From: an uncultured Merdimonas sp.
GTDB lineage: Bacteria > Bacillota > Clostridia > Lachnospirales > Lachnospiraceae
Direction of reading: 5' to 3'
Assembly (NCBI GenBank): GCA_944378225.1
Contig: CALWGE010000003.1
Location: 5,455 to 69,454 of the forward strand
DNA: 64,000 bases
This document shows, one piece after another, positions 24,278 to 33,520 of the stretch. Within the stretch, counting starts at the first letter, position 1. Each line of letters starts with the position of its first letter. The position numbers were made by a program, and so were the translations under genes. Under the pieces are notes generated by a model. That model made no database searches. It saw only the letters and a list, made by a program, of their open reading frames with translations, and was not told the origin of the DNA.

Positions 24278-25917
24278 AGAGACGGACGGCTCTTTTTCTG
24301 AATTTAATTCTGGCAGCATGCTGCCTGACATTTCTGTTTTTGTGGCCTTTGATTTGCGGGCCGATTGGCTATCGTGCAGGCACAGAGGACGAGATTAAAG
24401 AGCTTCTTGCCACACATACGGAAGCAGAAGAACCCTTTTTTACCGGCCTGGCTTTTTCAGGCGAGCAGCTTCCTTATGACATTGAGACAGCGACCTTTTA
24501 TCTTCCCCTGGATATGGACACAGATAAGTGGGAGACAGGGGAGCTGACAAGTACAGCTTCTGATGTGAGTTTGCTGTTTGAAGAGGAGTTTACCGCTTTT
24601 GAAAAACAGGAGGCTATCAAAAACGGCACACGATTTCTGTTTTATGCTGTGCGGGGACAGGAATATCAGAAATGCTGGCTGACAGCCACAGGTCTTCCGG
24701 TGATTTCGATTGAAACAGAGGCTTCGGCTGATATGGAGGTGTTTGGCGGAAGCGCGTATTTCTGGGATAGTCAGACAAAAAAAGACTGGACTTCTTCCAG
24801 CATTCTGGAAGCCAATATCCGGGGAAATACCAGCCGTACCTATGAGAAAAAAGGATATAAGCTGAATCTGAAAAAGCAGAACAAAAAAGGAGAGATAGTA
24901 GAGGATAAGAAGTCTCTTTTTGGACTCAGAAATGATGATGAATGGTTTCTGAATGCCATGTACAGTGATTCTTCCAAAATCCGGGATAAACTGAGCGCAG
25001 ATCTGTGGTCTCAGATTGGAGCTGTACAGGAGGAATTTCCGGAAGCTTATTTTGGTACCCGGATGACATATGTAGAAGTATTTTTCAACCATGAATACTG
25101 GGGATTGTATGTCCTGATGGAGCCGGTAGATTCCAAACAGCTTGACCGGACGCAGGAGGGAGCAGGAGCCGAGGAGGAATACTCCTATAAGTCTGTAACT
25201 CCTCAGAGCGAGGCGACGGAAGAACTTCTGGATCAGGAAACTTATGGTGAAACTCTTTCAGGATTTGAACTGAAGGGGACTTATTCTGTAACAGACAGGA
25301 GTTCCTGGGAGCCGTTGCTGTCTTATCTGGAACTGAGAGATCTGACCAGTGATCAGGAATTTGCTGAAAAAGCACCTGAGCTTGTGGATCAGGAGGGGGC
25401 TCTGGATATCTGGATCTATCTCCAGGCGGTTTTGGGTATCGACAATCGCGGAAAAAACATGTATTATGTGGCTAAGAACCGAGGAAATTTCCGGAAAATT
25501 TATTTTGCGCCCTGGGACATGGATATTACATGGGGCGATGCTCTGAGTGAGGGTACAGACGGAAAGATTTGGGATATAAGTCTCTATACGCCGCTTTATT
25601 CTGAGCGAATCAACTGGAGCTTTGGTGATCGCCTGCTTGAACTTGATGTGAGCAATTCCCGGGCTTATGTAAGTGAAAGATGGAAAGAACTTCGCAGCGG
25701 AGTTCTTTCAGATGAAACTCTCACAGATACAATAGACAGTCTGCTTCATCAGGTGCGTGATTCAGGTGCGCTGACCCGGGATGGACAGCGCTGGCCCGAC
25801 AGTAATTCCGGGCAGGATTACGAATTGTTTAAACGTATGGCGCTTTACCGGATGGGAATTCTGGATTATTATTTTGACGGAAATCTGGAAGAATACCTGG
25901 GACTGGGGTATGAGTAG
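24274..25917 (+). CDS. CotH-like protein with N-terminal membrane anchor, copy 2
   Basis: 547 aa. The GTG start overlaps the upstream stop. Anchor 'ALFLNLILAACCLTFLFLWPLI'. Blocks 'IRGNTSRTYEKKGYKL', 'DDEWFLNAMYSDSSKIRDKLSADLW', 'YVEVFFNHEYWGLYVLMEPVDSKQL' and 'APWDMDITWG'. Confidence 0.75.
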   Translation: MKRRTALFLNLILAACCLTFLFLWPLICGPIGYRAGTEDEIKELLATHTEAEEPFFTGLAFSGEQLPYDIETATFYLPLDMDTDKWETGELTSTASDVSLLFEEEFTAFEKQEAIKNGTRFLFYAVRGQEYQKCWLTATGLPVISIETEASADMEVFGGSAYFWDSQTKKDWTSSSILEANIRGNTSRTYEKKGYKLNLKKQNKKGEIVEDKKSLFGLRNDDEWFLNAMYSDSSKIRDKLSADLWSQIGAVQEEFPEAYFGTRMTYVEVFFNHEYWGLYVLMEPVDSKQLDRTQEGAGAEEEYSYKSVTPQSEATEELLDQETYGETLSGFELKGTYSVTDRSSWEPLLSYLELRDLTSDQEFAEKAPELVDQEGALDIWIYLQAVLGIDNRGKNMYYVAKNRGNFRKIYFAPWDMDITWGDALSEGTDGKIWDISLYTPLYSERINWSFGDRLLELDVSNSRAYVSERWKELRSGVLSDETLTDTIDSLLHQVRDSGALTRDGQRWPDSNSGQDYELFKRMALYRMGILDYYFDGNLEEYLGLGYE

Positions 25918-25974
25918 AAAGAGCAGGAACAGGGGAAACCAGACAGGTTTCCTGCGCCGGAAGGGAGAGAGAGC

Positions 25975-26670
25975 GTGGAGTATCGGAACGAACTTAAATA
26001 TGTAGTGTCGGAAACACAGCTTGTACTTCTGGAGAATCGGATTCGGAATCTGATCCGGCCAGACAGACATGCAGGCTCAGACGGCACATATCGAATCCGC
26101 AGCCTGTATTTTGATGACTGCGAAAATACCTGTTATCAGGAAAATGAAATGGGAACAGATCCACGGGAGAAATTCCGCATTCGTATTTATAACAGCGATG
26201 CGGGGAGAATCAGTCTGGAACTGAAGAAGAAGCAGCACAGCATGACGCAGAAAATTTCCTGCTTTCTGACGGAGGAGCAATGCAGAGAACTGATGGCAGG
26301 TCGGCCTCTTCCGGTAGATCCGTCTTATCCGCCGGTACTGCAGAAACTGAATCTGCTGATGCGGACCAGACTGATGAAGCCGCGGGTGATAGTGGAATAT
26401 GACAGAACTCCTTTTGTGGAGAAGCTTGGAAATACAAGAGTGACTCTGGATCGGAATATCCGATCTTCAGACGCCGTGTTGTCATTTCTGGAAAAGGACA
26501 TTCCGGGGCGGCCGGTGATGCCTGTGGGGAAACAGATTCTGGAGGTCAAGTACGATGAATTTCTGCCGGATCATCTGTACCGGAACCTGCAGCTTTCCAG
26601 CATGAGACAGACAGCTTTTTCAAAATATTATCTTTGCAGAAGGTTTTCGCTTACCGGAATTCGAGCCTGA
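25975..26670 (+). CDS. VTC-domain (polyphosphate-polymerase / triphosphate-tunnel-like) protein
   Basis: 231 aa, GTG start behind GGAAGGGAGAGAGAG. Motifs 'EYRNELKYVV', 'YRIRSLYFDD', 'REKFRIRIYN', 'ISLELKKK', 'VEYDRTPF', 'RVTLDRNI' and 'ILEVKYDEFLP' give the alternating basic beta-strand pattern of the VTC/CYTH tunnel. Confidence 0.7.
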   Translation: MEYRNELKYVVSETQLVLLENRIRNLIRPDRHAGSDGTYRIRSLYFDDCENTCYQENEMGTDPREKFRIRIYNSDAGRISLELKKKQHSMTQKISCFLTEEQCRELMAGRPLPVDPSYPPVLQKLNLLMRTRLMKPRVIVEYDRTPFVEKLGNTRVTLDRNIRSSDAVLSFLEKDIPGRPVMPVGKQILEVKYDEFLPDHLYRNLQLSSMRQTAFSKYYLCRRFSLTGIRA

Positions 26671-26758
26671 ATCGGAAAGCCGGGAGCTGAAATGTGGAAT
26701 AACCACTGTAGAAAATACAGTGTATATTCATAGAGAGAAATGGGAGGAACAATGAATA

Positions 26759-27433
26759 ATGGGATTTCAGGATGTATTTAAAAATTCATTTCTTGAGGGT
26801 TTTACAGGTATGGACATATCAGCCGGACGAATTATGGCTACCTTTACGGTAACCTGCATTCTCGCCTGCTATATTTTCCTTATTTACCGACTGATGACAA
26901 GAAGAGCCTTCTATTCCAAGAGCTTTAATGTATCAATGGCAGCTATCGCTGTGATTACGGCAGCAATTATTCTGGCTATGCAGTCTAATCTGGTGATTTC
27001 TCTTGGTATGGTCGGTGCATTGTCTATTGTCCGTTTCCGTACGGCAATTAAGGATCCTATGGACCTGGCATTCCTGTTCTGGTCTATCAGTGTGGGTATC
27101 ATCTGCGGTGCAGGCCTTTATGAGGTAGCTCTTCTGACCTGTCTGGTTGTGACGGTTCTTGTACTTGTGCTGGAAAATATTCCTGCGTCCAGAGCTCCGA
27201 TGATGCTGGTGGTAAATCTTTCAGATGCGGATCAGGAGTCCCGGGTACTGGATATAGCAAAAAAGTACAGCCGCTTTTATAAAGTGCGTTCCCGCAATAT
27301 TTCCGGGGGAAGTATGGATATGATTGTAGAGGTACGGGTGAAGGAAGAAAGTGCGCTGATAAAAGAAGTCTGCGCCCTTCCTGTGGTACAGTCCGCATCC
27401 CTGATCGCTCATGACGGCGAAGTGACCTTCTAG
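26759..27433 (+). CDS. DUF4956-like membrane protein (partner of the VTC-domain protein)
   Basis: 224 aa. Four or five TM helices followed by a soluble C-terminal domain. Signature-like 'LSIVRFRTAIKDPMDLAFLFWSISVGIICGAGLY'. Confidence 0.65.
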   Translation: MGFQDVFKNSFLEGFTGMDISAGRIMATFTVTCILACYIFLIYRLMTRRAFYSKSFNVSMAAIAVITAAIILAMQSNLVISLGMVGALSIVRFRTAIKDPMDLAFLFWSISVGIICGAGLYEVALLTCLVVTVLVLVLENIPASRAPMMLVVNLSDADQESRVLDIAKKYSRFYKVRSRNISGGSMDMIVEVRVKEESALIKEVCALPVVQSASLIAHDGEVTF

Positions 27434-27442
27434 GAGGCTTTT

Positions 27443-28897
27443 ATGGGAAATCTGACCGGACTATGGGGACGCGGCTGGCGTTTCGTGAGGAAGTACGGAA
27501 TTCTGAGCCTTTATCGAAAGATGAAGGAAAGGCAGGAGCGGAACCGGGCGGAGAAAGGGTATGAATCCTGGCTTTTTCAGAAACTTCCGGGAGAGGAAGA
27601 GACGCAGAGCCAGAGAAAAAGAGAATTTCCATTTGCGCCTGTGATCAGCGTGCTTGTGCCTGTTTATGAGACGCCGGAAAATTTTCTGCGCCAGATGCTG
27701 GAGTCTGTGCTGAAGCAGAGTTATGAAAAACTGGAACTGTGCATCACGGATGGCAGCCCCTCGGATCGTGTGAGACGGGTTGTGGAAGAATATGCTCTGC
27801 AGGATTCAAGGATACGGTATCAGAAGCTTGAAAAAAATCTGGGCATTGCCGGAAATACAAATGCAGCTCTGGAGCAGGCAGCAGGAGCTTATGTGGGTCT
27901 TCTGGATCATGACGATCTGCTGCTTCCGGGAGCTCTGTATGAAATTGTACAGGCTTTGAATGAGGGAGAACCGGCTGATGCAGTCTATACGGATGAGGAT
28001 AAGCTTGATCCGGAAAATAACCGGCATTTTCAGCCGCACTTTAAACCTGATTTCAATCCGGAATATTTAAGAAGCAATAATTATATCTGCCACTTCTTTG
28101 TGGTGAAACGGGAGATAGCTCTCAGGACAGGCGGATTTCGTGAAGAGTTTGACGGGGCGCAGGATCATGATTTTATTTTCCGGTGTACAGAACAGTCGCG
28201 AAAAGTGATTCATATTCCGAAGGTTCTTTATTCCTGGCGATGTCATGCCGCATCTACGGCGTCCAATCCTGAGAGCAAACTTTATGCTTATGAGGCAGGA
28301 AGACGGGCAGTGGCAGCTCATCTGGACAGAACAGGACGTACCGGCAGAGTTCTGAATACGGAAAATTATGGATTTTTTCGGGCGCAGTATCCCGGGAGTT
28401 CCGAATTATTAATAAAATCTTTCGAAAATTTTGATGGACATGCAGATGTAAATGTTGTATATTATGATAAGGCATGTAATAATTCTGTAACAATTTCTGG
28501 GAAGAAGAATTATGTGCTTTTTACCTGTGTCCGCGACGCGAAAGTGAATGCAGGTTTCTTTTCTGAACTTATGGCCTGCTGTAACCGGCCGGAAACAGGA
28601 CTGGCCTGTGCGAGGGTTTACGGAAAGAACAGACGGCTTTGCGGAGATATTCGTATGGCCGGTGTACAGGATCCGTTTTCAGAAGGAATGAGAGGAAAAA
28701 AAGCAGGATACTCTGGTTATTTTCACAGAATTCTTCTGCAGCAGGAACTGGAAAGACCTACGGACTGTTTCATGATTCGCAGGGAGCTTCTGGGAGAAAA
28801 TAAAGAGGTGTCAGTTCCTGAGTTGTGGAAACAGCTGAAGAAGGAAGGATACTTCATCTATTACGAGCCCTGGGCGGTGATGTATGAGAGCAGATAG
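27443..28897 (+). CDS. Family-2 glycosyltransferase (paralog of the N-terminal half of ORF 20-1741)
   Basis: 484 aa. Motifs 'ISVLVPVYETPENFLRQMLESVLKQSY', 'LLDHDD', 'NYICHFFVV' and 'GAQDHDFIFR'. Confidence 0.8.
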   Translation: MGNLTGLWGRGWRFVRKYGILSLYRKMKERQERNRAEKGYESWLFQKLPGEEETQSQRKREFPFAPVISVLVPVYETPENFLRQMLESVLKQSYEKLELCITDGSPSDRVRRVVEEYALQDSRIRYQKLEKNLGIAGNTNAALEQAAGAYVGLLDHDDLLLPGALYEIVQALNEGEPADAVYTDEDKLDPENNRHFQPHFKPDFNPEYLRSNNYICHFFVVKREIALRTGGFREEFDGAQDHDFIFRCTEQSRKVIHIPKVLYSWRCHAASTASNPESKLYAYEAGRRAVAAHLDRTGRTGRVLNTENYGFFRAQYPGSSELLIKSFENFDGHADVNVVYYDKACNNSVTISGKKNYVLFTCVRDAKVNAGFFSELMACCNRPETGLACARVYGKNRRLCGDIRMAGVQDPFSEGMRGKKAGYSGYFHRILLQQELERPTDCFMIRRELLGENKEVSVPELWKQLKKEGYFIYYEPWAVMYESR

Positions 28898-29843
28898 CAG
28901 TGTATCTATCGTGATACCTAATTATAATGGGATAAAGTTCATCCAGAAATGCCTGGAAGCATTGCTCGCAGATGCGCCCCAGGCTGAAATTCTGGTAGTG
29001 GATAATGGTTCTGCAGATGGAAGCCGTCAGCTGGTGGAAGAGAAGTTCCCCGGGGTACGGCTTATCGCTCTTGATCAGAATTATGGTTTTCCCCGTGCAG
29101 TGAATGAGGGAATTCAGGCATCATCCCGTCCCTATGTGATTCTGCTGAATAATGATACACAGGTTCTCCCGGGATTTACAGATGCGCTTACGGATGCGCT
29201 GACAACGGACAGACATGCATTTTCAGCTCAGGCAAAGCTTCTTTGCCTTTCTGATCCGGAGAAAATTGATGATGCAGGAAATTTTTACTGCGCTCTGGGC
29301 TGGGCTTATGCGAGAGGAAAAGACAAGCCGGCGGCATACTATGAAGAACCGGGAGAAGTGTTTGCGTCCTGTGCAGGAGCAGCAATTTACCGGAAAGAGC
29401 TTTTTGAAATAACAGGCTTTTTTGATGAAGCGCATTTTGCTTATCTGGAAGATATTGATGTGGGATGGAAAGCCAGAATTGCAGGGTACAGGAATCTGTA
29501 CGTTCCGGCTGCAAAAGTTCTCCATGCAGGGAGCGGCACCAGCGGATCCCGGTATAATGAATTTAAGGTGCGTTTAAGTTCGCGAAATAATATTTATCTG
29601 ATTTGGAAAAATATGCCGATTTTGCAGATAATACTGAATTTTCCTTTTCTTCTGGCGGGATTTGGAGTGAAGACTCTTTTCTTTTCAAGAAAGGGAATGG
29701 GAGGAATCTATGTCAGAGGACTGGGGGAAGGTTTTCGTCTGTGCAGGAGAGGGCGGAAAGTGAAGTTCCGCTGGAAAAACCTCCCCGCTTATGGAAAAAT
29801 CCAGATGGAATTATGGTTCAATACAGGAAAGAGATTTGGGTGA
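28884..29843 (+). CDS. Family-2 glycosyltransferase
   Basis: 319 aa. Motifs 'VSIVIPNYNG', 'VVDNGSADGS', 'LLNNDT' and 'YLEDIDVGWKARIAGY'. Overlaps the upstream gene by 14 nt. Confidence 0.8.
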   Translation: MRADSSVSIVIPNYNGIKFIQKCLEALLADAPQAEILVVDNGSADGSRQLVEEKFPGVRLIALDQNYGFPRAVNEGIQASSRPYVILLNNDTQVLPGFTDALTDALTTDRHAFSAQAKLLCLSDPEKIDDAGNFYCALGWAYARGKDKPAAYYEEPGEVFASCAGAAIYRKELFEITGFFDEAHFAYLEDIDVGWKARIAGYRNLYVPAAKVLHAGSGTSGSRYNEFKVRLSSRNNIYLIWKNMPILQIILNFPFLLAGFGVKTLFFSRKGMGGIYVRGLGEGFRLCRRGRKVKFRWKNLPAYGKIQMELWFNTGKRFG

Positions 29844-29849
29844 GAAAGA

Positions 29850-31259
29850 TTGATTAAGGACAACCAGCGTCATTTTAACAGGCTGCATGTGGTGCTGGAC
29901 GCATTTGTTATCGCTGCGTCTTATATGCTGGCCTGGTGGGTGCGATTCCCTCTTCAGAATAATATATCGGGTATTGTATTCCGGCATTACATGAGCATGC
30001 TGCCCTTTTTGTTTGTGCTTTATATAGGACTGTACGCTTTGTTTGGTCTTTATACGACAAAGAGCGTGCGCCGTAAGAGGGTTGAAGCCGAGAAGATTGT
30101 ACAGGCCAATACGATTGGTCTGGTTCTGTTCATGGCCGCGCTGTTCTTCTCCCGGGAAAATACAGAGTTTACGACAAACTATTCCCGAATGATGCTGGCA
30201 TGGTTTTATGTTTTCAATATCGGTCTGGAATGCCTGTTTCGCAATTTTATCCGTCTGGCTCTCCGCCATATCCGGGAAAAGGGCTTCAATCAGAAACATA
30301 TGATTCTGGTAGGATACAGTCGGGCGGCGGAAGAATATATTGACCGTATCAAGGCTAATCCGGAATGGGGCTATGATATTATGGGAATCCTGGACGATAA
30401 TGTTCAGCCAGGCATGAAATATCGTGGCGTGGAGGTCTTTGGACGGACAGAAGGAATTGAAGAGACACTGGAGAATGCCAAACCGGATGAGATTGCCATT
30501 ACTCTGGGATTGAGTGAATACTCGAAACTGGAGCATATTGTGGCAGTATGTGAGAAATCCGGCGTGCATACAAAGTTTATTCCGGATTACAATAACATTA
30601 TACCGACACGTCCTTATACAGAGGATCTGATGGGACTGCCGGTCATTAACATCCGACACGTCCCGTTGACAAACACGTTTAACGCTTTTCTGAAGCGTTC
30701 CATGGATTTGGCTGGGAGTGTCTGTGCTATTATACTGTTTTCGCCCGTAATGCTTCTGACGGCCGTGGCTGTCAAAATGACTTCGCCAGGCCCGCTTATA
30801 TATACCCAGGAGCGTGTAGGACTTCATAACAAGACATTCCGGATGTATAAATTCCGCTCTATGGATGTCCAGTCTCCCAAAAAGGAGAGAGGCGCCTGGA
30901 CGGTACCGGACGATCCGAGAGTGACAAAAGTGGGAAAAATCATACGGAAGACGAGCATTGACGAGCTTCCGCAGCTGTTTAATATATTAAAAGGGGATAT
31001 GAGCCTGGTAGGCCCGCGGCCGGAGCGTCCGTTTTTTGTGGAAAAGTTCCGGGAAGAGATCCCGCGTTACATGATTAAACACCAGGTGCGTCCGGGTATG
31101 ACCGGCTGGGCACAAATCAATGGCTACAGAGGAAACACCTCAATTCGAAAGCGAATCGAGTATGATCTCTATTACATTGAAAACTGGACGCTGGGGTTTG
31201 ATATAAAAATCTTATTTCTGACAATTTTCAAGGGCTTTATTAACAAAAATGCCTATTAA
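29850..31259 (+). CDS. Priming polyprenyl-phosphate hexose-1-phosphate transferase (WbaP/WcaJ/EpsL-type bacterial sugar transferase)
   Basis: 469 aa, TTG start. N-terminal TM helices, a central NAD-like linker, and a C-terminal catalytic block: 'KRSMDLAGS', 'FRMYKFRSM', '[40 protein letters not shown]', '[11 protein letters not shown]' and 'DLYYIENW'. Confidence 0.88.
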   Translation: MIKDNQRHFNRLHVVLDAFVIAASYMLAWWVRFPLQNNISGIVFRHYMSMLPFLFVLYIGLYALFGLYTTKSVRRKRVEAEKIVQANTIGLVLFMAALFFSRENTEFTTNYSRMMLAWFYVFNIGLECLFRNFIRLALRHIREKGFNQKHMILVGYSRAAEEYIDRIKANPEWGYDIMGILDDNVQPGMKYRGVEVFGRTEGIEETLENAKPDEIAITLGLSEYSKLEHIVAVCEKSGVHTKFIPDYNNIIPTRPYTEDLMGLPVINIRHVPLTNTFNAFLKRSMDLAGSVCAIILFSPVMLLTAVAVKMTSPGPLIYTQERVGLHNKTFRMYKFRSMDVQSPKKERGAWTVPDDPRVTKVGKIIRKTSIDELPQLFNILKGDMSLVGPRPERPFFVEKFREEIPRYMIKHQVRPGMTGWAQINGYRGNTSIRKRIEYDLYYIENWTLGFDIKILFLTIFKGFINKNAY

Positions 31260-31286
31260 ATGTTGGGAAACAGAAAGGGTTATATT

Positions 31287-32504
31287 ATGGCAACCAATAC
31301 GAAAGGCAGAAATGCAGGAAAAAGAAACTCGGGAAACGGAAGACATAAGGAACATAGAACGCACAGAGAGCGGGATGAGTATGGCGAGTATAAACTCAGC
31401 CGGAAAGAGCAGAAACGTCTTAAGAAGGCAAAACGCAGAAGAAAGCTGATTGCCATCCTGGCTGTGGAATTTGTATTGATTCTTTTTCTGGGTATGGGCG
31501 TGTTTGCTTTGAGCAAGCTGGGCAAACTTCAGGATCTTGGTGTAAACCCGGATGACATTGGTATGAATGAGGATATTGATGAGGATACTGCAGAGCTCCT
31601 GAGCGGATATACCAATATTGCTCTCTTTGGTCTTGGCTCGAGAACGCCGGGAAGCCTTGGAGCGGGCGAATTGAGCGATACGATTATTATCGCCAGTATC
31701 AACAATGAGACCAAGGAAGTAAGGATGATATCTGTCTACCGTGATACTTATCTGAACCGTGCAGACGATACTTATGGTAAATGTAATGCTGCCTATTCCA
31801 AAGGCGGTCCCAAACAGGCCATTGAGATGCTGAATACCAATCTTGATCTGAACATCAAGTATTATGTCAGCATAGACTTTACTGCACTGATAAAAACCGT
31901 CGACCTGCTTGGCGGTGTGGAGATAGATGTTAAACCGGAAGAAGTTGACGCAATCAACGGATATATGTACGAGACTACAGAGATTGCCGAGAAAGCAGAC
32001 GATGACTCTATCAATCCTTACAACAGCTTTATCGAAGAACCGGGACTTCAGACACTGTATGGCGTTCAGGCTACAGCTTACTGCCGGATTCGTAAGGTCG
32101 GAAATAATGACTATGAAAGAACCGAGCGTCAGCGCCGCGTCATTGAGCAGATTGTAGAGAAGTCCAGAACAGCGGGACTTGGCAAGATTAATGCAATGAT
32201 TGATGAGGTATTTCCGCTGGTGGCAACAAATATACCCAAGACGACTCTGATCGGTATGGCAGCCAGCATGATGTCTTATGAACTGGGCGAGACAAGCGGT
32301 TTCCCCACATACAGAGTGGATAATATGAAGATGGATGGCCAGGCTGTGGTTATCCCTGCAGATCTGGTGGCAAATGTAACCGAGCTTCATCGGTTCCTCT
32401 TTGATGAAGAGGATTATTATCCGTCACCGACCGTTCTGGATATCAATGAGAAAATCATTTCGGATACGGGTGTAAAAGCACAGGAAACAGCCGGTACAGA
32501 ATAA
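31287..32504 (+). CDS. LytR-CpsA-Psr (LCP) family glycopolymer-peptidoglycan ligase
   Basis: ATG 31287 sits behind GAAAGGG (the ORF track starts at 31260). Basic cytoplasmic tail, one TM helix, and an LCP core: 'NIALFGLGSR', 'SDTIIIASIN', 'ISVYRDTY' and 'RIRKVGNNDYERTERQRRVI'. Confidence 0.85.
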   Translation: MATNTKGRNAGKRNSGNGRHKEHRTHRERDEYGEYKLSRKEQKRLKKAKRRRKLIAILAVEFVLILFLGMGVFALSKLGKLQDLGVNPDDIGMNEDIDEDTAELLSGYTNIALFGLGSRTPGSLGAGELSDTIIIASINNETKEVRMISVYRDTYLNRADDTYGKCNAAYSKGGPKQAIEMLNTNLDLNIKYYVSIDFTALIKTVDLLGGVEIDVKPEEVDAINGYMYETTEIAEKADDDSINPYNSFIEEPGLQTLYGVQATAYCRIRKVGNNDYERTERQRRVIEQIVEKSRTAGLGKINAMIDEVFPLVATNIPKTTLIGMAASMMSYELGETSGFPTYRVDNMKMDGQAVVIPADLVANVTELHRFLFDEEDYYPSPTVLDINEKIISDTGVKAQETAGTE

Positions 32505-32516
32505 GGCCGAATATAA

Positions 32517-32551
32517 ATGGACGGGGAAGAGATCTGCCTCGTCCATTTTTT
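32517..32551 (+). terminator. Rho-independent terminator closing the glycan operon
   Basis: ATGGACGGGG (32517-32526) pairs with CCTCGTCCAT (32537-32546), including one G-U pair. A TTTTTT run follows. Confidence 0.7.
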
Positions 32552-32572
32552 CTTGAAGGATGGGAGAATAGA

Positions 32573-33508
32573 ATGAAAATAGATGTAATCATACCGGTTC
32601 ACAGACCGGGACCGGAATTTGAAGAGCTTCTGAAGAGACTGGAAAACCAGACTCTTCCGGTTCACAGGATTCTGATTATGAATACCCGGTCAGAGGTGGA
32701 TGTGGAAAAAATGACGGCAGACCACCCTAAGGTGGTGACAGTATCACTGGAAAAGAAAGAATTTGATCACGGAGGTACGCGGGACCGGGCAGCAAGATTA
32801 TCGGATGCCGAGTATCTGCTGTTCCTGACGCAGGATGCTTTGCCGGCGGATGAGTTTCTGGTGGAACGTCTTTTTGCGCCTTTTGCGGATAAGAGAGTAA
32901 AGGCTGCTTATGGAAGGCAGCTTCCAAGGGAAAACTGCAGAGAACTGGAGCGATATACGAGGGACTTTAATTACCCCGAGAAAAGCCGGATTAAGACGGC
33001 AGAGGATCTTCCGGTTCTGGGAATTAAGACCTTTTTCTGCTCCAACGTCTGTGCCATGTATGAGAGAGAGACGTATCTGGCACAGGGCGGGTTCCCTGCC
33101 CGTACCATTTTTAATGAAGACATGATTTATGCAGGCGGTCTGATTCAGAATGGGTGGGCAATCGCCTATGCGGCCGATGCAAGGGTGATTCATTCTCACA
33201 ACTACAGCGGCAGGCAGCAGTTCCATCGGAATTTTGATCTGGCAGTTTCTCAGGCGGAGCATCCGGAAATTTTCGGCGGTATCGCTTCGGAGAGTGAAGG
33301 AATCCGGCTGGTAAAAAAAACGGCGAAGCACTGTCTGAGCATCGGAAAGCTCTGGCTCATCCCTGTTCTTATCTGGCAGAGCGTATGCAAATATCTGGGC
33401 TACCGACTGGGAAAATTCTATCGGAAGCTTCCGGAGAGCATAATACTGGCATGTACTATGAACCGGGGTTACTGGAAGAAGAAAAATTCGGAGAATAACA
33501 GAAACTAG
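32573..33508 (+). CDS. Family-2 glycosyltransferase (rhamnosyltransferase-like)
   Basis: 311 aa. Motifs 'IDVIIPVHRPGPEFEELLKRLENQT', 'FLTQDALP' and 'FCSNVCAMYER'. Confidence 0.7.
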   Translation: MKIDVIIPVHRPGPEFEELLKRLENQTLPVHRILIMNTRSEVDVEKMTADHPKVVTVSLEKKEFDHGGTRDRAARLSDAEYLLFLTQDALPADEFLVERLFAPFADKRVKAAYGRQLPRENCRELERYTRDFNYPEKSRIKTAEDLPVLGIKTFFCSNVCAMYERETYLAQGGFPARTIFNEDMIYAGGLIQNGWAIAYAADARVIHSHNYSGRQQFHRNFDLAVSQAEHPEIFGGIASESEGIRLVKKTAKHCLSIGKLWLIPVLIWQSVCKYLGYRLGKFYRKLPESIILACTMNRGYWKKKNSENNRN

Positions 33509-33520
33509 AAGGAGAACGTT

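Noticed and set aside
29811-32390. Two long - strand ORFs (29811-30827, 338 aa; 31212-32390, 392 aa).
   Set aside because: Both are antisense to the priming sugar transferase and the LCP gene, whose identities are very strongly supported. They have no motifs and no RBS.
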